64,000 bases of DNA from Camelus dromedarius (GCF_036321535.1 NC_087437.1:24864001-24928000); one strand, 5' to 3'; positions 1 to 12,699 are shown, numbered from the stretch's first letter. The notes: generated from the letters alone by a model not told the origin. Program-made: numbers and translations.

Positions 1-143
1 TTTGTTTTATCCTTTTTACCTCACAGCCGTTTTGTGGGGAGAGGAAAAGCAAAAAGTGAGCATATTCATCTAAATAAGAAGACCTTATTTTAGAGGGAAA
101 GGTAAATGATGAAAAGACAATCATAAATCACACTACTTCCTCT

Positions 144-207
144 TTATTCATTCATTCATCAGACAGATAATTTTCGAGTCCCCACCATGTGCTGAGCACT
201 GTGCTAC
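144..207 (-). mobile_element. L2 3' tail fragment
   Basis: TTCATTCATTCA...CACCATGTGCTGAGCACTGTGCTA is the reverse complement of the L2 3' end. Confidence 0.6.
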
Positions 208-477
208 AGCAGATTTCCAACTGTCCTCATTTGACTAAAATGGGATTGTGTAGTTATGGTCATTTCTAGACAATATTGTGAAGCAAACAAATTTTCTATA
301 GACTTTGTTCTTCCCTTTCATGAGACTGCCTCCTCTGTTACCAGAGTTATCATTCATTAATCCCACTTTTACTAGCACTTTATTTTCTACTATCAATTAA
401 AATTTCTTTTAAGCATCAGCTTATATATCAGCTTAAGTGCTTGGAATCCAATGAAAACATAAACCATTAAGACAATG

Positions 478-544
478 TATGTGTTTGAGCATGTGAGTAT
501 GTGAGTGTGTGTGTGAGTATGTGTTTGTGTGTGTGTGTGTGTGT
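478..544. repeat. Imperfect (TG)n microsatellite
   Basis: Direct reading. Confidence 0.9.
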
Positions 545-736
545 AGAAAATTCTTTTAGAGGGCGAGTTCTACTTGGAGATCTGCAAATCACTCAAGATT
601 GGCACCATTTTCTTTATGTCCAAAATCAAATTTGTGTACCCTTCTTTGAAATCTTTGGGGATGGAAATCATTTTTATTTATTTGGTTTCTCCATAGAAGA
701 CATTTAAAAATATGCTCTAGAATCATTTAGAAATTT

Positions 737-1400
737 TAATTTATGTATTCGTTCTATATTTGAGTACTTACTCTGTGTTGTTCTAGGGGTTTGGGATACA
801 GGCATGAACAACTCAGACAACAAAGAATCCCTGCCCTCGTGGACCCTCCGTGCTAGTGAGGGTGAAGTGGCAGTAAGAGTAAACGTCACAAATAAGTCAA
901 TTGTGTGGCTTGTAATAATGTAATAATTCCCAAGTGGAAAAGAAAAAGAGTAGCAAAAGGAAATGTGGTAGTGCAGAGGGCTGGGAAAATTACAATTTTA
1001 AGTAGGATGGCCAGAGCACACCTCATTGAAGAAGTGACATTTGAGCAAATGCTTGAAGAAAGTGGGGAAATTAGCCACTTGACTCTTTAGGGAAGAGTAT
1101 TCTAGACAGAGGTAGAGTCTGTGCAATGGCCCTGAGGTGGAGAGTATGCGGCATGTTCCAGGAGCCACAAAGAGGCCAGTAGACCTGGAGCAGAGTGAGA
1201 AAGGGAAGAGGAAGAAGCATTGAGTTCAGAGGGACCACAGTGCGTGGGGCCTGGTAAGACACTGTAAAAACTCTGGCTCTTATTTCAGTTAAAATGGAGA
1301 GCCTCTGCAGGGCTTTGAATGACATGAGCTTATTTATCATTTGAAGGGACCTTCCCGGCTGCTTAGGCAAGAGTGAAAACAATGAGACCTGTGAGAGGCA
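737..1400 (-). mobile_element. L2 (L2a-like) fragment
   Basis: TTGAGTACTTACTCTGTG...TCCCTGCCCTCGTGGA...GAAGTGACATTTGAGC...GGGAAGAGTATTCTAGACAGAGG...GGCCCTGAGGTGG match the antisense L2 3' region. Confidence 0.85.
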
Positions 1401-1624
1401 GTTTGGTAAGTAAGTTTCATCCTTTTGTATTTTTTTATGTGGATAACTCTGATTCCTTCCAATAGAATCCCCCTGTCTCAATTAAGCTCTACAGGTGGAA
1501 ACCCTTTACTTCTTTGTGGGCATAAATTTGATGAATCCTGTGCTTGAGGGAGTGGCGTCTCCGTCTCGAGGGAAAGAATGAGCAGGGAAGAGCAAATCAG
1601 GCAGTACCATTTGCTGCATTTAGC

Positions 1625-1845
1625 TCCTTCAGTGTTGTCACTTGAGAAACACCACGAGCTCTATAACAACAACATGATGATGATGATGATGATGATAATG
1701 ATGAAGAAGAAGAAGAAGAATAGTTCCTGGGCTCCAAATCAAAAAATTATATTAGAATCTTGTGGTTGAGGTTCAGCCACCAGGTCATCTTAGAAGACCC
1801 CCAAATGATTTTCCTGTGCAGCCAAACATGCTAGTCCCTGGGCTA
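1625..1845. mobile_element. MER5-like hAT-Charlie MITE interrupted by a trinucleotide microsatellite
   Basis: TTCCTGGGCTCC...TTAGAATCT...CCCCAAATGATTTTCCTGTGCAGCCAA are MER5-type motifs. Confidence 0.55.
1665..1720. repeat. Compound (AAC)n(ATG)n(AAG)n microsatellite
   Basis: Direct reading; produces the NNNMMMM...KKKK run in the ORF track. Confidence 0.95.
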
Positions 1846-3814
1846 CATGTGAAGCTCTAGAAATCCATCTTCTGCATATGATTTCCAAGATTACTTCAGC
1901 CATTTCCACTGATTTTCAACCAAATGGTAAGAGGAAAGGAACAGCGTGTCCAGGGCTAGTCCTTTTCAGCAGAAGTTGCACACCTCACTTTGCACATTTC
2001 ACTGGTGAGACATGAACCTTTTGTCCAAACCTAGTCACAGGGGAAGCTGGGAAATATAGTTGAATTGGGCATCGATATGGAAACAATTTGTGTTGCGGGC
2101 AGTGGGGGAAACAAACAAAAGAGTTCGTCCTAACTGGGTCAGGATCACATAGGGGGAAGAGAAGTTTGAGGATGACCTGATAAAGGCCAGTTCTTTTTTG
2201 GCACCTATAATCCAACCAGTTATAGATGAAAACTGAGGTCTGAAGAAAGCTAAGAAGCTGACATGCTGGGATTATGAAGGATTTTCTTTCTTATCCGTGC
2301 TGCGTCAAAATAAAATTTGAAAGGAACTGAGTTTGACTATGAATGTATGAACAACATAAGAATTTCCTCAATTGATTGTTTCCATAGTTTCTATGCTGAC
2401 ATTGATATGAGAAACTTGGGGTATGAGGGTGGGTCTGGGATAGTTTCACAGGACATTGTCCTGCTATAGTGATAACCTCGGTTTGTTAAATACATAACCT
2501 ATTCAATCTTCTCTCTACTAGACCTCCACCATTGTGGGCTGCCTTCAGTGTATGTAGTGAGTGGAAAATAGAGAAGCAGAGAATAAATCTGCTGTTTGAA
2601 TTGTTTGTTATAAACATAATTGTAAGGCAAGAAGGCTGGAGATTTCATGCACAATCATTGGATGCCCTGACAGTCAGGAGTAACAAGAGAATTGGATGCT
2701 GGCACAGGGAACGCCACCCTGGACGAATAATAGTGCTCCCTGTATATGCTCTGCTCACAGCAAACACCAAGTAACACTCTGTGGAAGCGAGTAAAAGAAG
2801 ACAGAAAAGAAAGAGAAAAGTAATTTTTCTTTTTGGAATAGCCAACTTGAGGTACAGGCATCTGAAAAAAAAGCTTGCTTATATCAGCTCAGGGTGATTA
2901 TATAATTAAGGGCAAACAAGTCTCATAATCTGATAGTGACAGCTGCTTCTTTTGAACCTATGATGGTAACAATTATTCTCTTAACCAAGAAGATGAATTA
3001 ACTTTCCCAAGGCCACACAGATTCATAGCCAAGAGTGGCAACTTCATCAGACTTTGTCTTTTAACCTTGCTTGATTGGTTTTATTTTATTATCTAACTTT
3101 CTCTGCATCTATAGGTTTTCTTTGCAAGTAGACATTAAGTTCTGTTGACCTCAAGGACCCTGAGCATTACTGCTTATAAGCATTCTTTTTTTATAATGTT
3201 CTCAAAGAATGTTTATTAAATAAATTCATGAAAGTGAAATAATATATAGAGAAGTTCCATTCATCTTCATTCCAATCAGAATAGATCCTTTTATAAGTCA
3301 CTATTCTTACAGAATCACATATCAAATTGTGGGAACTTTTAGCAAATATTTCCCCCAGGAGTAGTCAGGTTATCTCTTTTGGGTTCACTGCTTCAGCAAA
3401 TATTTTCCCATTGATTCAGAACTCTTTAAAAGTAACTTCTCTTATCTTCAGCTGGGTGAAAAATGGCTTGATTAGAACTAAATGTGTGCAGTTCTAATGT
3501 AACTGTGTATAACATCTGCTGCCATTTATTTTTCTTATTAAATTGTAACCTGCGAGGCAGGCTGGAAGCTTAGCAGTGGTATTACTGCAGAGAGGCGGGC
3601 CAATTCCCAGTCTAAATGCCAAACTACACAGGGTGTAGAAAAGCCAAGTTAAGCCTTAGGATCTCAAATGGATTTTATGGTAGTCTCTGACACCGGTCAT
3701 CTTAAGTAGTACTGCAACGGAGCTGTATTTGAATACTTTCTGGCCCTGAAGGTATAGATTTTTATGGAAAGCTGCTCTAGTCTCAAATGGATTGAGGTAG
3801 GGGTGAAAGAGAGG

Positions 3815-3905
3815 GTTTTTGTTTTCTTTTTTTTTCACTGATGTACCCCTAACATACAGAATAGCGCCAGGAACACAGGAGGTTCTGGATAAATATCTGT
3901 TTATC
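3815..3905 (+). mobile_element. L2 3' end fragment
   Basis: TTCACTGATGTACCCCTAACATACAGAATAGCGCCAGGAACACAGGAGGTTCTGGATAAATATCTGTT resembles the L2 terminus. Confidence 0.65.
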
Positions 3906-4692
3906 CAAATCACGAGGAGTTCACTTCTATATCCATGGAAGGGTCTTGGCAGATGAAGCTGGAAAGGGGCATCAAGTTTATTAGCTTAGGACCTAAAATT
4001 TGGACATGTCCTGGTCATACTTGTTACCAGAAGACAACGGCTCCCTTTGGTACCCACCCTCTGCTAACTTCATGGGTATCCATCCGACCATCCTTCTAGG
4101 TCCAGTGAAACTCCACATTTCTACTGATACCATTCCAATGTCTTCATCAGAATGTGGTTTTGTGTCATTTTTTTGACTTCCTGCAGGAGTTACGTTATGT
4201 GTAGAACATAGCATTTAACACCATTTATTCTTGACTTCATTATTTTGTCTTTTAGCCTCCTATCTCCAGTTTGACACAATACCTATCCTCACCCATTACA
4301 TACCGACATACCAAGCAGGAGGTTCTTAGGAGTTTAATAATCTCTTACTTTGATGATTCATCAAACTCTATTATTCATTGTAGAAAATAGATTTTTAAAA
4401 TTTATTTCTTCATTTGGGGGCAGGAGAATATATGTAATAGCATAATGAAAATCTCATTGCTTTTAGAACTAAGACTGTTGCTCTAAACAAAAAAGTAAAC
4501 ATATCTATCATTTAAAAGAAGTTTCTCAGAGGAAAGAGACTCTAGCTTCAAGTAGAAAATGTTGGAAAATAAAAGGTTATCTTATATCCTATATCCTGTA
4601 TTCTTTTTTTTTTTCTATTGTATTTATTATGTTGGAACACAGTAGTTGTTTCCTGCCATACCCCGTATTCTGATTGAGAAAGCCAGTAACTG

Positions 4693-4828
4693 GAATAGAA
4701 GAAGGATGGAGAAGGGGAGGGGAGGGGAGAAGAGGATGAGGAGAGGGGGATGGGGGGAGGAATGAAGGGAGGGGAGAGGAGAGGAAGGATGGGAGGGTAG
4801 GGGAAGGGTAGTGGGAGGAGGAGGATAA
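4693..4828. repeat. GA-rich polypurine low-complexity tract
   Basis: About 135 nt of almost only G and A. Confidence 0.9.
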
Positions 4829-5659
4829 AGCCACTGTTGTACTTTGGGAATGAGGAGGCTCTTCTGATGATACAGGAATTCTTAAAATTTAATCATTGTA
4901 AGTATTAGGATAAAAAGGTTTATGAATTGTATTAAGGTTGTTGATTTTTTTTAAAAGGAGAAACAAACAATGCCATTCCTACAACAGCAAAGCATTTCAG
5001 TAATTGTATCTTCTAGTCTCTTTGAAGGTGCACAAGAAATCACCTTTTACCCACAAACCTAGCTGGATAGCATGTTAATTTAAAAGTATTTCTTAGCATT
5101 CTGTTACCGTCAAAATTGATATATGAAGCTGGAGTAACGCAACGTGAAATCTCGCAGATGCAGAGATGAAATGTTAAGTGGCACGTAGCAAAGGCCGACG
5201 TTTCTGGACTAGGGAAGCCCCTTTTCACTGACACAGTTACTCTACGCTCACCATCGTATGTAGATACATACCAGGGGCAGAAGGTCGTCAGTCAGAAAGT
5301 TGTTAGTGACACTGAGAAGAGTTTGACTTTCGAATGATTGGTTAACAGTTTTACATGTAAAACCAATTTCTCATATTAAAATTTGAATCTAATATAGATC
5401 AGGCACTTTACATTAGGAAATAAAATACTGTATCAAACAAAAGCTAGTGTATCTGAAAAGTGTGGGTCCTGTCCATTAGAATAGTTCCTAAGTGGTGTCA
5501 TGCTGAGTCTCTGACAAAAATATTAATATTTGAGGCCAATAATTTTTCCATTGTCAATCTAAGTACATTCTATATTAATGTGAAAATACAACTAGTGTTT
5601 GGTCGTTTAGAGTATAATAAATCTATCATTAAGCTTTGCTTAATGTTATCTGGACTAGC

Positions 5660-5903
5660 CATCTAAACTTTTTTATTTGTACAACCTTTTCATTCTAAGT
5701 GTTTGAGTGCATACTCCCAATGTAGCTATTTTTAAAAAATTAAAATACATAAATTTTTATATATAATATGCTATATACTTTCTAAGTATAAACAAAACTA
5801 AAAATGATGAAGTAGAATTTCTGATTCTATGTATTTTTTAACTAAAAGAATTGACTTGCATGGGTGCTAAGTTGCACGTACCCAATTTTGGAAACCACTG
5901 ATC
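5660..5903. mobile_element. Probable hAT-Charlie DNA transposon relic
   Basis: Ends in TTTTGGAAACCACTGATCTA, a typical Charlie-type terminus. Confidence 0.4.
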
Positions 5904-6180
5904 TAAAGACTGTCGTATATGTAACAGTAAATGTATGTAAGAAACAAAAGACACAGGTCAGTAACTGTGGTGAAAAGGGAGATTTTAGTAACATCAATGA
6001 AGAAAACACTGACTGCTTCAGTGACATGATGTCAGGAGTGGCTCTAGAAAAATGGATTCATAACAGTGGTATAATAATTGATATTATCATTATTGTTAAT
6101 AATTGATAATGAGTCTAAGAATTCCTATCAGGGCTTCTTATCCTGCCTCATTGAAATGATCACCTGATTCTATATGGGGG

Positions 6181-6196
6181 GTGTGTGTGTGTGTGT

Positions 6197-6250
<54 letters not shown>
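6181..6250. repeat. (TG)~35 microsatellite with one interruption
   Basis: Direct reading. Confidence 0.97.
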
Positions 6251-6252
<2 letters not shown>

Positions 6253-8001
6253 ATAACTGTAGAATGCATAAAAGGCTATCATCAATGAATTTTGTATTTC
6301 ACCTAATACAAAAGTTTGGTTGAAAAGAGTGGCCCAGTTCTAATGGTAAAGACTGCTTCTCTCTCATGGATGACACCATGAGAAGCACGAGTTCCAGTTT
6401 CGTTTTTGCCGTTTGTGCCTCTCCAGGGCTTCATGCTACATCATAATACCATAATTTAGGTACAGCCTTGGCTGAGAAGTTCCTCATTTATTTTTCAAAA
6501 GTAATGCTGTAAAAATCACTTCCAGGAACATTATAAATCACATATTACTATACTGAGATACTTAACGAAATCCAGAAGCATTCTTGCTTTTCCGGTAAAT
6601 ATGAATTCTGTCTTGTTTAAATATGTATCCAGAATTAGTCCTATAAATTATTTTGTCTTTTGTCACTAAATACACGCATACATAAATACACACACACATT
6701 TCAACGTGGATATTACTTTAGAAATTGACTGTAACTAAATACTTAGGCACTTCAAAAGAATTTTTTTAAATGAATGGGCTGTCTGAATTTCTTTCAAGCC
6801 ATTAAGTCCACACTATGAATACGGCACCAAGTGAGAAACAATATTTTGTACACACATTGGCAAGGCAAAATAAATATGTTTTTAAAATAAAATTGCATAC
6901 TTTTGGCTTTCTAATGTTAATAACAAGTGAGTTCTCCATTACTGACAAATAGCCATACACATTTCTGTTTAGAAATAGAGGCCCAACAGCAGATACAAGT
7001 GACTATTTGGATACCTCACATTTAATTATCTTCAGGGGTACCACATTATTTCTCTTGAGAAGAGAGTTCTGAAACAGGTCAAACCCCAGCAGGCACCTGG
7101 GCATTATGGGGGTACCAGAGTGTCACTCCATCACTGATAAATGTCCTAGGAATATCTGAACACCAGGGGAGAGAGATTTTTTTAATGTGACTTAAAAAAA
7201 ATTCCTCTTCTTAAGCTTCCCGATCCTCCTATATCATCATCTCAATGACACGACCAGTTGTCATTTTACTTTCTGTCTACGTAACCTCATGCACAGCTAG
7301 GAAATAATGATTTAGGACTTGAAATTCAAAACATAATGGTGTTCCTTTTTTTTTTTTTCTCATTCCTCATTTTACTCAACACCCCTGCAGAGTTGATGCA
7401 AGTCCTCAGCTCCCTTTGAAGTCAGCTTGCATCATCTTTGATGGAGTATAAAGCAATAGGAGATACTGACTGCAGTTTTGAGCATCTCAATTCCCATCTC
7501 AGATGATGCCAATACATTTGTCATTAAATGTGTGGCTGGAGCAAATCCTTGGAAGAATTGCCAAGCATTTAAAATTGGCAAGTAAAGGCTACACATTTCT
7601 ATGATAAAAGAACAGAGAAGAAAAACGTTAACCTGTTTTTAAAGCATTTTATCTGGTATTCTACTCAGGTTATTCTTATTGTGAGTGATTTTGTAACATA
7701 TTCTTGTTACATGGTCCACTTTTTCCAATACTTTCCCTGCTTTGTGGAAAGTTATGTTCAACAGGTATATATGCATAGAGATGCCCCAGACATTTGAGAC
7801 CTTGAAGGATGATGTTCCTTCGTTATTTACGTAATGCTAAAATAAAAGAGTATCTGTACATGAACACTATTGTGAATACCATAGTGTTGGCTTTTTAATA
7901 CACTTTGCTCTCAGCCATAACTATATGCCACAGAGTGAAGATGAGAGTAATTTGGAGATAAGAGAAGAGCAAGGCATTTGACTGTGAACACTTCCTGCAT
8001 T

Positions 8002-8390
8002 TGTGGTAGGCACTCCTCCTGTTCACCAATCCCTGGTCTTCATCTTCTGTGAGACACGTGGGAGAACGGTACTTCTCTGCCCCCTTGATGGTGGGTTTTA
8101 GCCATGTGACATGGTTTGGCCAATGAAACATAAGCAGGGGCTAGGTGAAGCCTTTGATTACTTGAACTCCTTCCTGCTCTTCTGCAGAGATGATCATGCA
8201 AATATGTGTCACAAGATCAAAGCACACTGTTATGCCAAGTAACCCTGTGGAATGCAGGTGCTGTAGAAAGTGACCGAGGAGGCTGCAGTGGACTTGCCTG
8301 GTCAAAAATTTAATTTTTGTTGTGTCAGACCATTGGGATTTTAGTGTTGTTTGTTACCATCGCACAGCCTAGACTATGCTGGCTGATACA
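8002..8390 (+). mobile_element. MaLR solo LTR (MLT1I/J-like)
   Basis: TG...CA ends; GCCATGTGACATGGTTTGGCCAATGAAA and TTGTTTGTTACC...GCCTAGACTATGCTGGCTGATACA MLT1 motifs. Confidence 0.8.
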
Positions 8391-8412
8391 CATGTATGTA
8401 CACTTTCGTATA

Positions 8413-8612
8413 TAGGTGACCCTCGAATAACACGGGTTTGGACTGAGTGCGTCCACTTATGCTAGATTTTGTCTCACTATATATGTGCTGCTGTACGACA
8501 CAATTCATGGCTGACTGAGTCTGTAGATGCAGGGCCCTCTGTAAAGTTAAAGAGATTTTCGACTTGTTGAGAGTCTGACCCCTAATCCCAACATTGTTCA
8601 AGGGTTCAGGTG
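8413..8612. mobile_element. TcMar-Tigger MITE (MER8/Tigger2-like)
   Basis: Terminal inverted repeats TAGGTGACCCTCGAATAAC / GTTCAAGGGTTCAGGTG, internal GGGTTTGGACTGAGTGCGTCCACTTAT, TA flanks. Confidence 0.8.
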
Positions 8613-9559
8613 TATATATATAAACTTTTTTTGTGTATACACACGCACATATACACAAGATTTTAAAGAAAATAAATTTAGTAATTAAAATGACTCAAAA
8701 TAGAAGATATCAAAAATCTGCTTGGGAAATCACACAATACTTCTGAGATGCCCGTAGGCCTCAGTGGAATATGCTGTATTATCAGCCTGCAGTCACTGTC
8801 TCCAAGCCTTCTTTCTCTAAGCACTCACATTTGACTCTTCTTAGGATAATCACATTAATTTCTAGTGCCTTATATCTTTTTGAAATTGGATTCTTCAAAA
8901 TCATTATATTTTTAATAATGATTTAGAATGAATTTTGATTGTTGGGGGAAAATTTTTCAAAGGAGAGAGACTAGCAGGTAACAACTGTATAAGAAGGAGT
9001 TTAAAGAGCAGGGTTGATTTTAGAGAATGTCTAGTTGGTCTGGGTGGTTGGATCAGAGGTTAGATGAAGGCCAGCCAGAAGTACAGAGGAGAATTGTGGC
9101 AGAAAATGTGCGTGCATAATTCTGTCCTGTGTTGCCTTAAAGTCTATCTATCACAACAAGATATTACATTCCATTGAGTTCTACAACATTTCCATTAAAA
9201 ACACAATCTGAATCCTGAGAGGAAAACACTGACTACCAGAAACATAAGATTCCTCAGAGGGCTTAGCCAACTCTATGTTAAATTGCAGACAGACATGTTA
9301 GTTCCCTTTGAATCAGTAATTTAAATCTTTCCCCTTAGTTTTCCATCGACTTTTCAGTAGGTCCGTCTCAAGTCAAAATTTAATTTTATGTGGCTGAAGT
9401 AGTAAGAGCCAAAATGAAATTGCATGCTGTAGGGGGAAAAAAAAATTAACCTACTTTTAATAGCCCCTTTGAAAGATACTTTGAAGACATGACTTACTCT
9501 CATAGTATGTTGACTATCTGAAGAATGAATTATTATACCCTTGTCAAATTTTAAATAGC

Positions 9560-9930
9560 ATGCTGTTAAAAATATTAGTCACACAGGGGGCTATTTGACA
9601 GTAATGTCACAGAAAAGCTCTGGTCTGTATGAACAGGCAGAGTCTGCAACTTAATACCATCGTTCCACGGAGCTCTGCCTTCCGCGGGCATCCACTGAGA
9701 AGTGGGGGTGGGAAATGACTTCAGCTTGACTTGGAACGTTGGCGGGACTCTGCCCAGTGATGCATCCGACTTGCTGTTCCAGCCAGCCGAGGGGCCGTGT
9801 GTTTCCTCTCTGCCGTCCTTTCCCAGCAGAACTTAGAGAAGAGCCTAAAAAGAAATGGAAAAGCTATCATTTTAAGTGGGGAAGAGTTTCTTTCTTTCTT
9901 TCTTTCTTTTTTATAATACATCCAAGAAAT
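9560..9930 (+). promoter_or_regulatory. Candidate alternative promoter / first exon
   Basis: Repeat-free with locally retained CpGs at 9660-9820; GT-box and GTGGGAA at 9704-9714; TGACTTCA at 9716-9723; donor-like AAT|GTGAGT after 9930. The start is arbitrary. Confidence 0.35.
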
Positions 9931-10129
9931 GTGAGTCAAGATATAGACTAGACGTTGTAAAGAAAACGATCCAAAGAATGTCTTTTAAAAGGCAAGTTTT
10001 TTTTTTTTAAGCCTAAAAAATAAGATTAGAAACTGTCTTGGATGAGCCCAACTGTGATTAAAAAAAATAAATCTTTTATAGTTAAGTCAAGAATTTTTCC
10101 CCTTTTGGTTCTTTGACTTTTCCTTGCAG

Positions 10130-10197
10130 GGAAAGGGGCAAACTTTACCTAATCAGAGCGAAGCAAGAATCACTGAGGCAGCAGAAGCATCACACAG
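10130..10197 (+). other. Candidate non-coding or 5' exon
   Basis: Long pyrimidine tract ending TTTTCCTTGCAG at 10129; donor CAG|GTGAAG after 10197, with alternatives after 10203 and 10223. Confidence 0.3.
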
Positions 10198-11133
10198 GTG
10201 AAGGTCAGGCCAATTTTCCCCAAGTAATGCTGTTTTATCACTCATCCAACAAAGATCAGGGCCTTTCTTTCCTTGATTCTTTGTGCCTTTCCCTATTACT
10301 TTAACAGATCTGAACAAACCAGAGGTTCTTCATCCAAAAGTTCCATTTAGCTACATTTATTTCAAATCCTCCAAATTTTGTGTCTCGATGTTATAGCAAC
10401 TTAAGGGTAATATAAAATCCATGTATTAGGCAAGAAGGCAAAGTTACCTAAAAGCAGAATTGACACAGGAGACTGTTTCCAGCGGTCCTTTGCCCTTCAG
10501 CGCTGGGCTTCACATCAGTCGCGTTAATCCAGCTGCCTTTAGTATCAAGGGTGTCTGTCTTCTGTGTGTCGACTGCACATGAATGTTGTGGAAGAAACAC
10601 TGAGTTGCAGATTGGATGATGTTACTCTTGGCCATTTGGATAAGGGTCAGGTTGAGATGCCAAGTCTGTAAAACAGATACTCACCCTAGGGGTGTGTGGC
10701 GTCCTAAACAGATGGATCCTGAAGTTGCCTCTGTGTAACTGGTACAAGACCGTAACAGCCCAGGTCACGTGCCACTCTTGTAACCCATTTGCTTTTGTGA
10801 GTAGATTTGGTGTTGTCACAATGGGATAGCAATGGGAGGAAATGGGGAAAGTAGTGTTTTGCAAAGGTAAAGTTAAGAATTAGTTGAATAATTTTTTAAA
10901 CATTATCTTATTTTAAAAGTCTAGCATTTTGATTTCTGAGCAGCAGCCAAGGCACTGCTTCTTATTTCCGGCAGCTTTGACTCAGTCTTCCCGTATCTGA
11001 GGAATTCTCCGTCACCCTGGCTTGCAGACCCTGCCCTCTCTCCACCTCGCTTCTTTTCATTGATCTTTATTGCTCACATCTTTACTTGCCAATTATTTCT
11101 CTCTCCTTTTTTCCTCCTCTCCTCCTTCCCCAG

Positions 11134-11140
11134 AGCCCAG
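11134..11140 (+). other. Candidate 7-nt microexon AGCCCAG (or acceptor of a longer exon)
   Basis: Pure pyrimidine tract 11095-11131, then CAG|AGCCCAG|GTGAGG. Confidence 0.3.
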
Positions 11141-12214
11141 GTGAGGGGATGGCTGCTTTCAGATGGAAGGCTTCATCTGGATACTTCTCCCTCTCAGAGT
11201 GGCTTAAAGTAGGTTTTTTAAAGCTGGAAATTTCAGAGCTGCGTGGACATACTGAAAATATCATTTTGAGAATACTGTAATGAATCTCTCAATGCTGGTA
11301 ACTTGAGTTCTTTGGAGATGAGTAGATTAGGGTCTCTGAGAGGATCAATGTTCATACCTAATCATAAACACTTTGTATTCATTATAAAAGATCCAGAATT
11401 ATTTGCTGGCATTTTAATAGCCAGTCAGTTCATATTTCTCTCTTGAAAGAAAAAGAACTTAAAATACCACCAGTTTTTCCTCTTTTTTGGAATATACTTC
11501 CTACCACCCATTTCAAATCAGTGAGCTTTCACAACACGTGCATTCCCTTGCCATTCCCCGGGGTTCCATTTATTTTCAAATGGAACAATTTCAAACTACA
11601 TTTTAAAAATTCTTATTAAAAGAATTCAGTGACTTCTAGTTCTATCACAAATACAGCTAAAATAGAAAAAGCTTACTTGGTAGCTTTTTATTTGATCCAC
11701 AGAGCAGTTTTCAGAAACTAGTAATGTATGATTCCCTGTCTGGCTCAGTCAACAACATAACATTTTTTTTTTTATCTTTCAGCCAATGTTTGGATGCTCA
11801 GTTAACCAGTCCTTGTGCGCTGTCTCTTCTAAGGGTTGTAGAAATTTAAATACAGTAAATGCTGTATGACAGTGCTGCTGTTGTGAAGTTAATTCATTTC
11901 CTCGAGGTGAAGATTGGTTCCCAATTACTTCAGGGCAGTCCATACCGGCCATCTTTGTTGGCCATTAATTAAGCAACAAGCTATGACAAGCAATATATTT
12001 CTGGGCCATTTAACATATTTCAAGAGATTTTTTAAAGCCAGAGGCTAAAGGTCAAGTGACTTTAACCACTTGAGAAGTTCACTGCCAGAAATTGTCTATT
12101 ACTACAAGGAATTTAAATCTAAATTATTGAAACTAAGAAAAACACAGGGAGTTTTTAGTGTATAGTTAGGAAATCATACCAAAACGACTGAAAAGGAATA
12201 CAGACTATTGGAAG

Positions 12215-12365
12215 TGTTGTCCATTATACTACAGTTTACCATATACCGTCCCATTTGGTTTCCCCAGTGACCTTGTGAAGTGCCTACTATCCCCATTATA
12301 CAGTTGAGGCATGTGAGGCTCTGGTTAAAGTGCTCTGCACTATGATTTAGAATGCTGAAATTAAA
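12215..12365 (-). mobile_element. MIR SINE
   Basis: CCCCATTATACAGTTGAGGCATGTGAGGCTC is the antisense MIR core. Confidence 0.7.
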
Positions 12366-12699
12366 TATTATTGGCTTACAAGCGCCTAAATTGGCTGACT
12401 TCAGCACTGCTGGGTAGGGACCCAAACTCCAACTTCTTTTGATGAGAGCTAAGTTCTTTTTAGAAAACATGGCTGTCCCATTGGCTACTGGGAAGCCACT
12501 TCTCCAGACTTCATGACTCATCTGGATGAGTGAGTTTTGCAAAAAATTAATAACAATTTAAGTAAATAATTAATGAACCCCATAAATTAAAGGATAAATA
12601 TAATAGCAGGCATGCAAGACAAACCATCTGGAAGAAACTTTTGGGCTTCACTGGGCAACATTAAGATTTGTCTAGAAAATGCCCCACCATGCTGAGATT

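Noticed and set aside
1071..1481. Longest ORF (136 aa, minus strand)
   Set aside because: Lies mostly in an L2 relic, has no recognisable domain and lacks an ATG start
9400..12100. Naming the host gene (genes with many first exons such as MITF, PRKACB or PDE4 were considered)
   Set aside because: None of the N-terminal peptides I recall for these genes is encoded here, so no gene symbol is supportable
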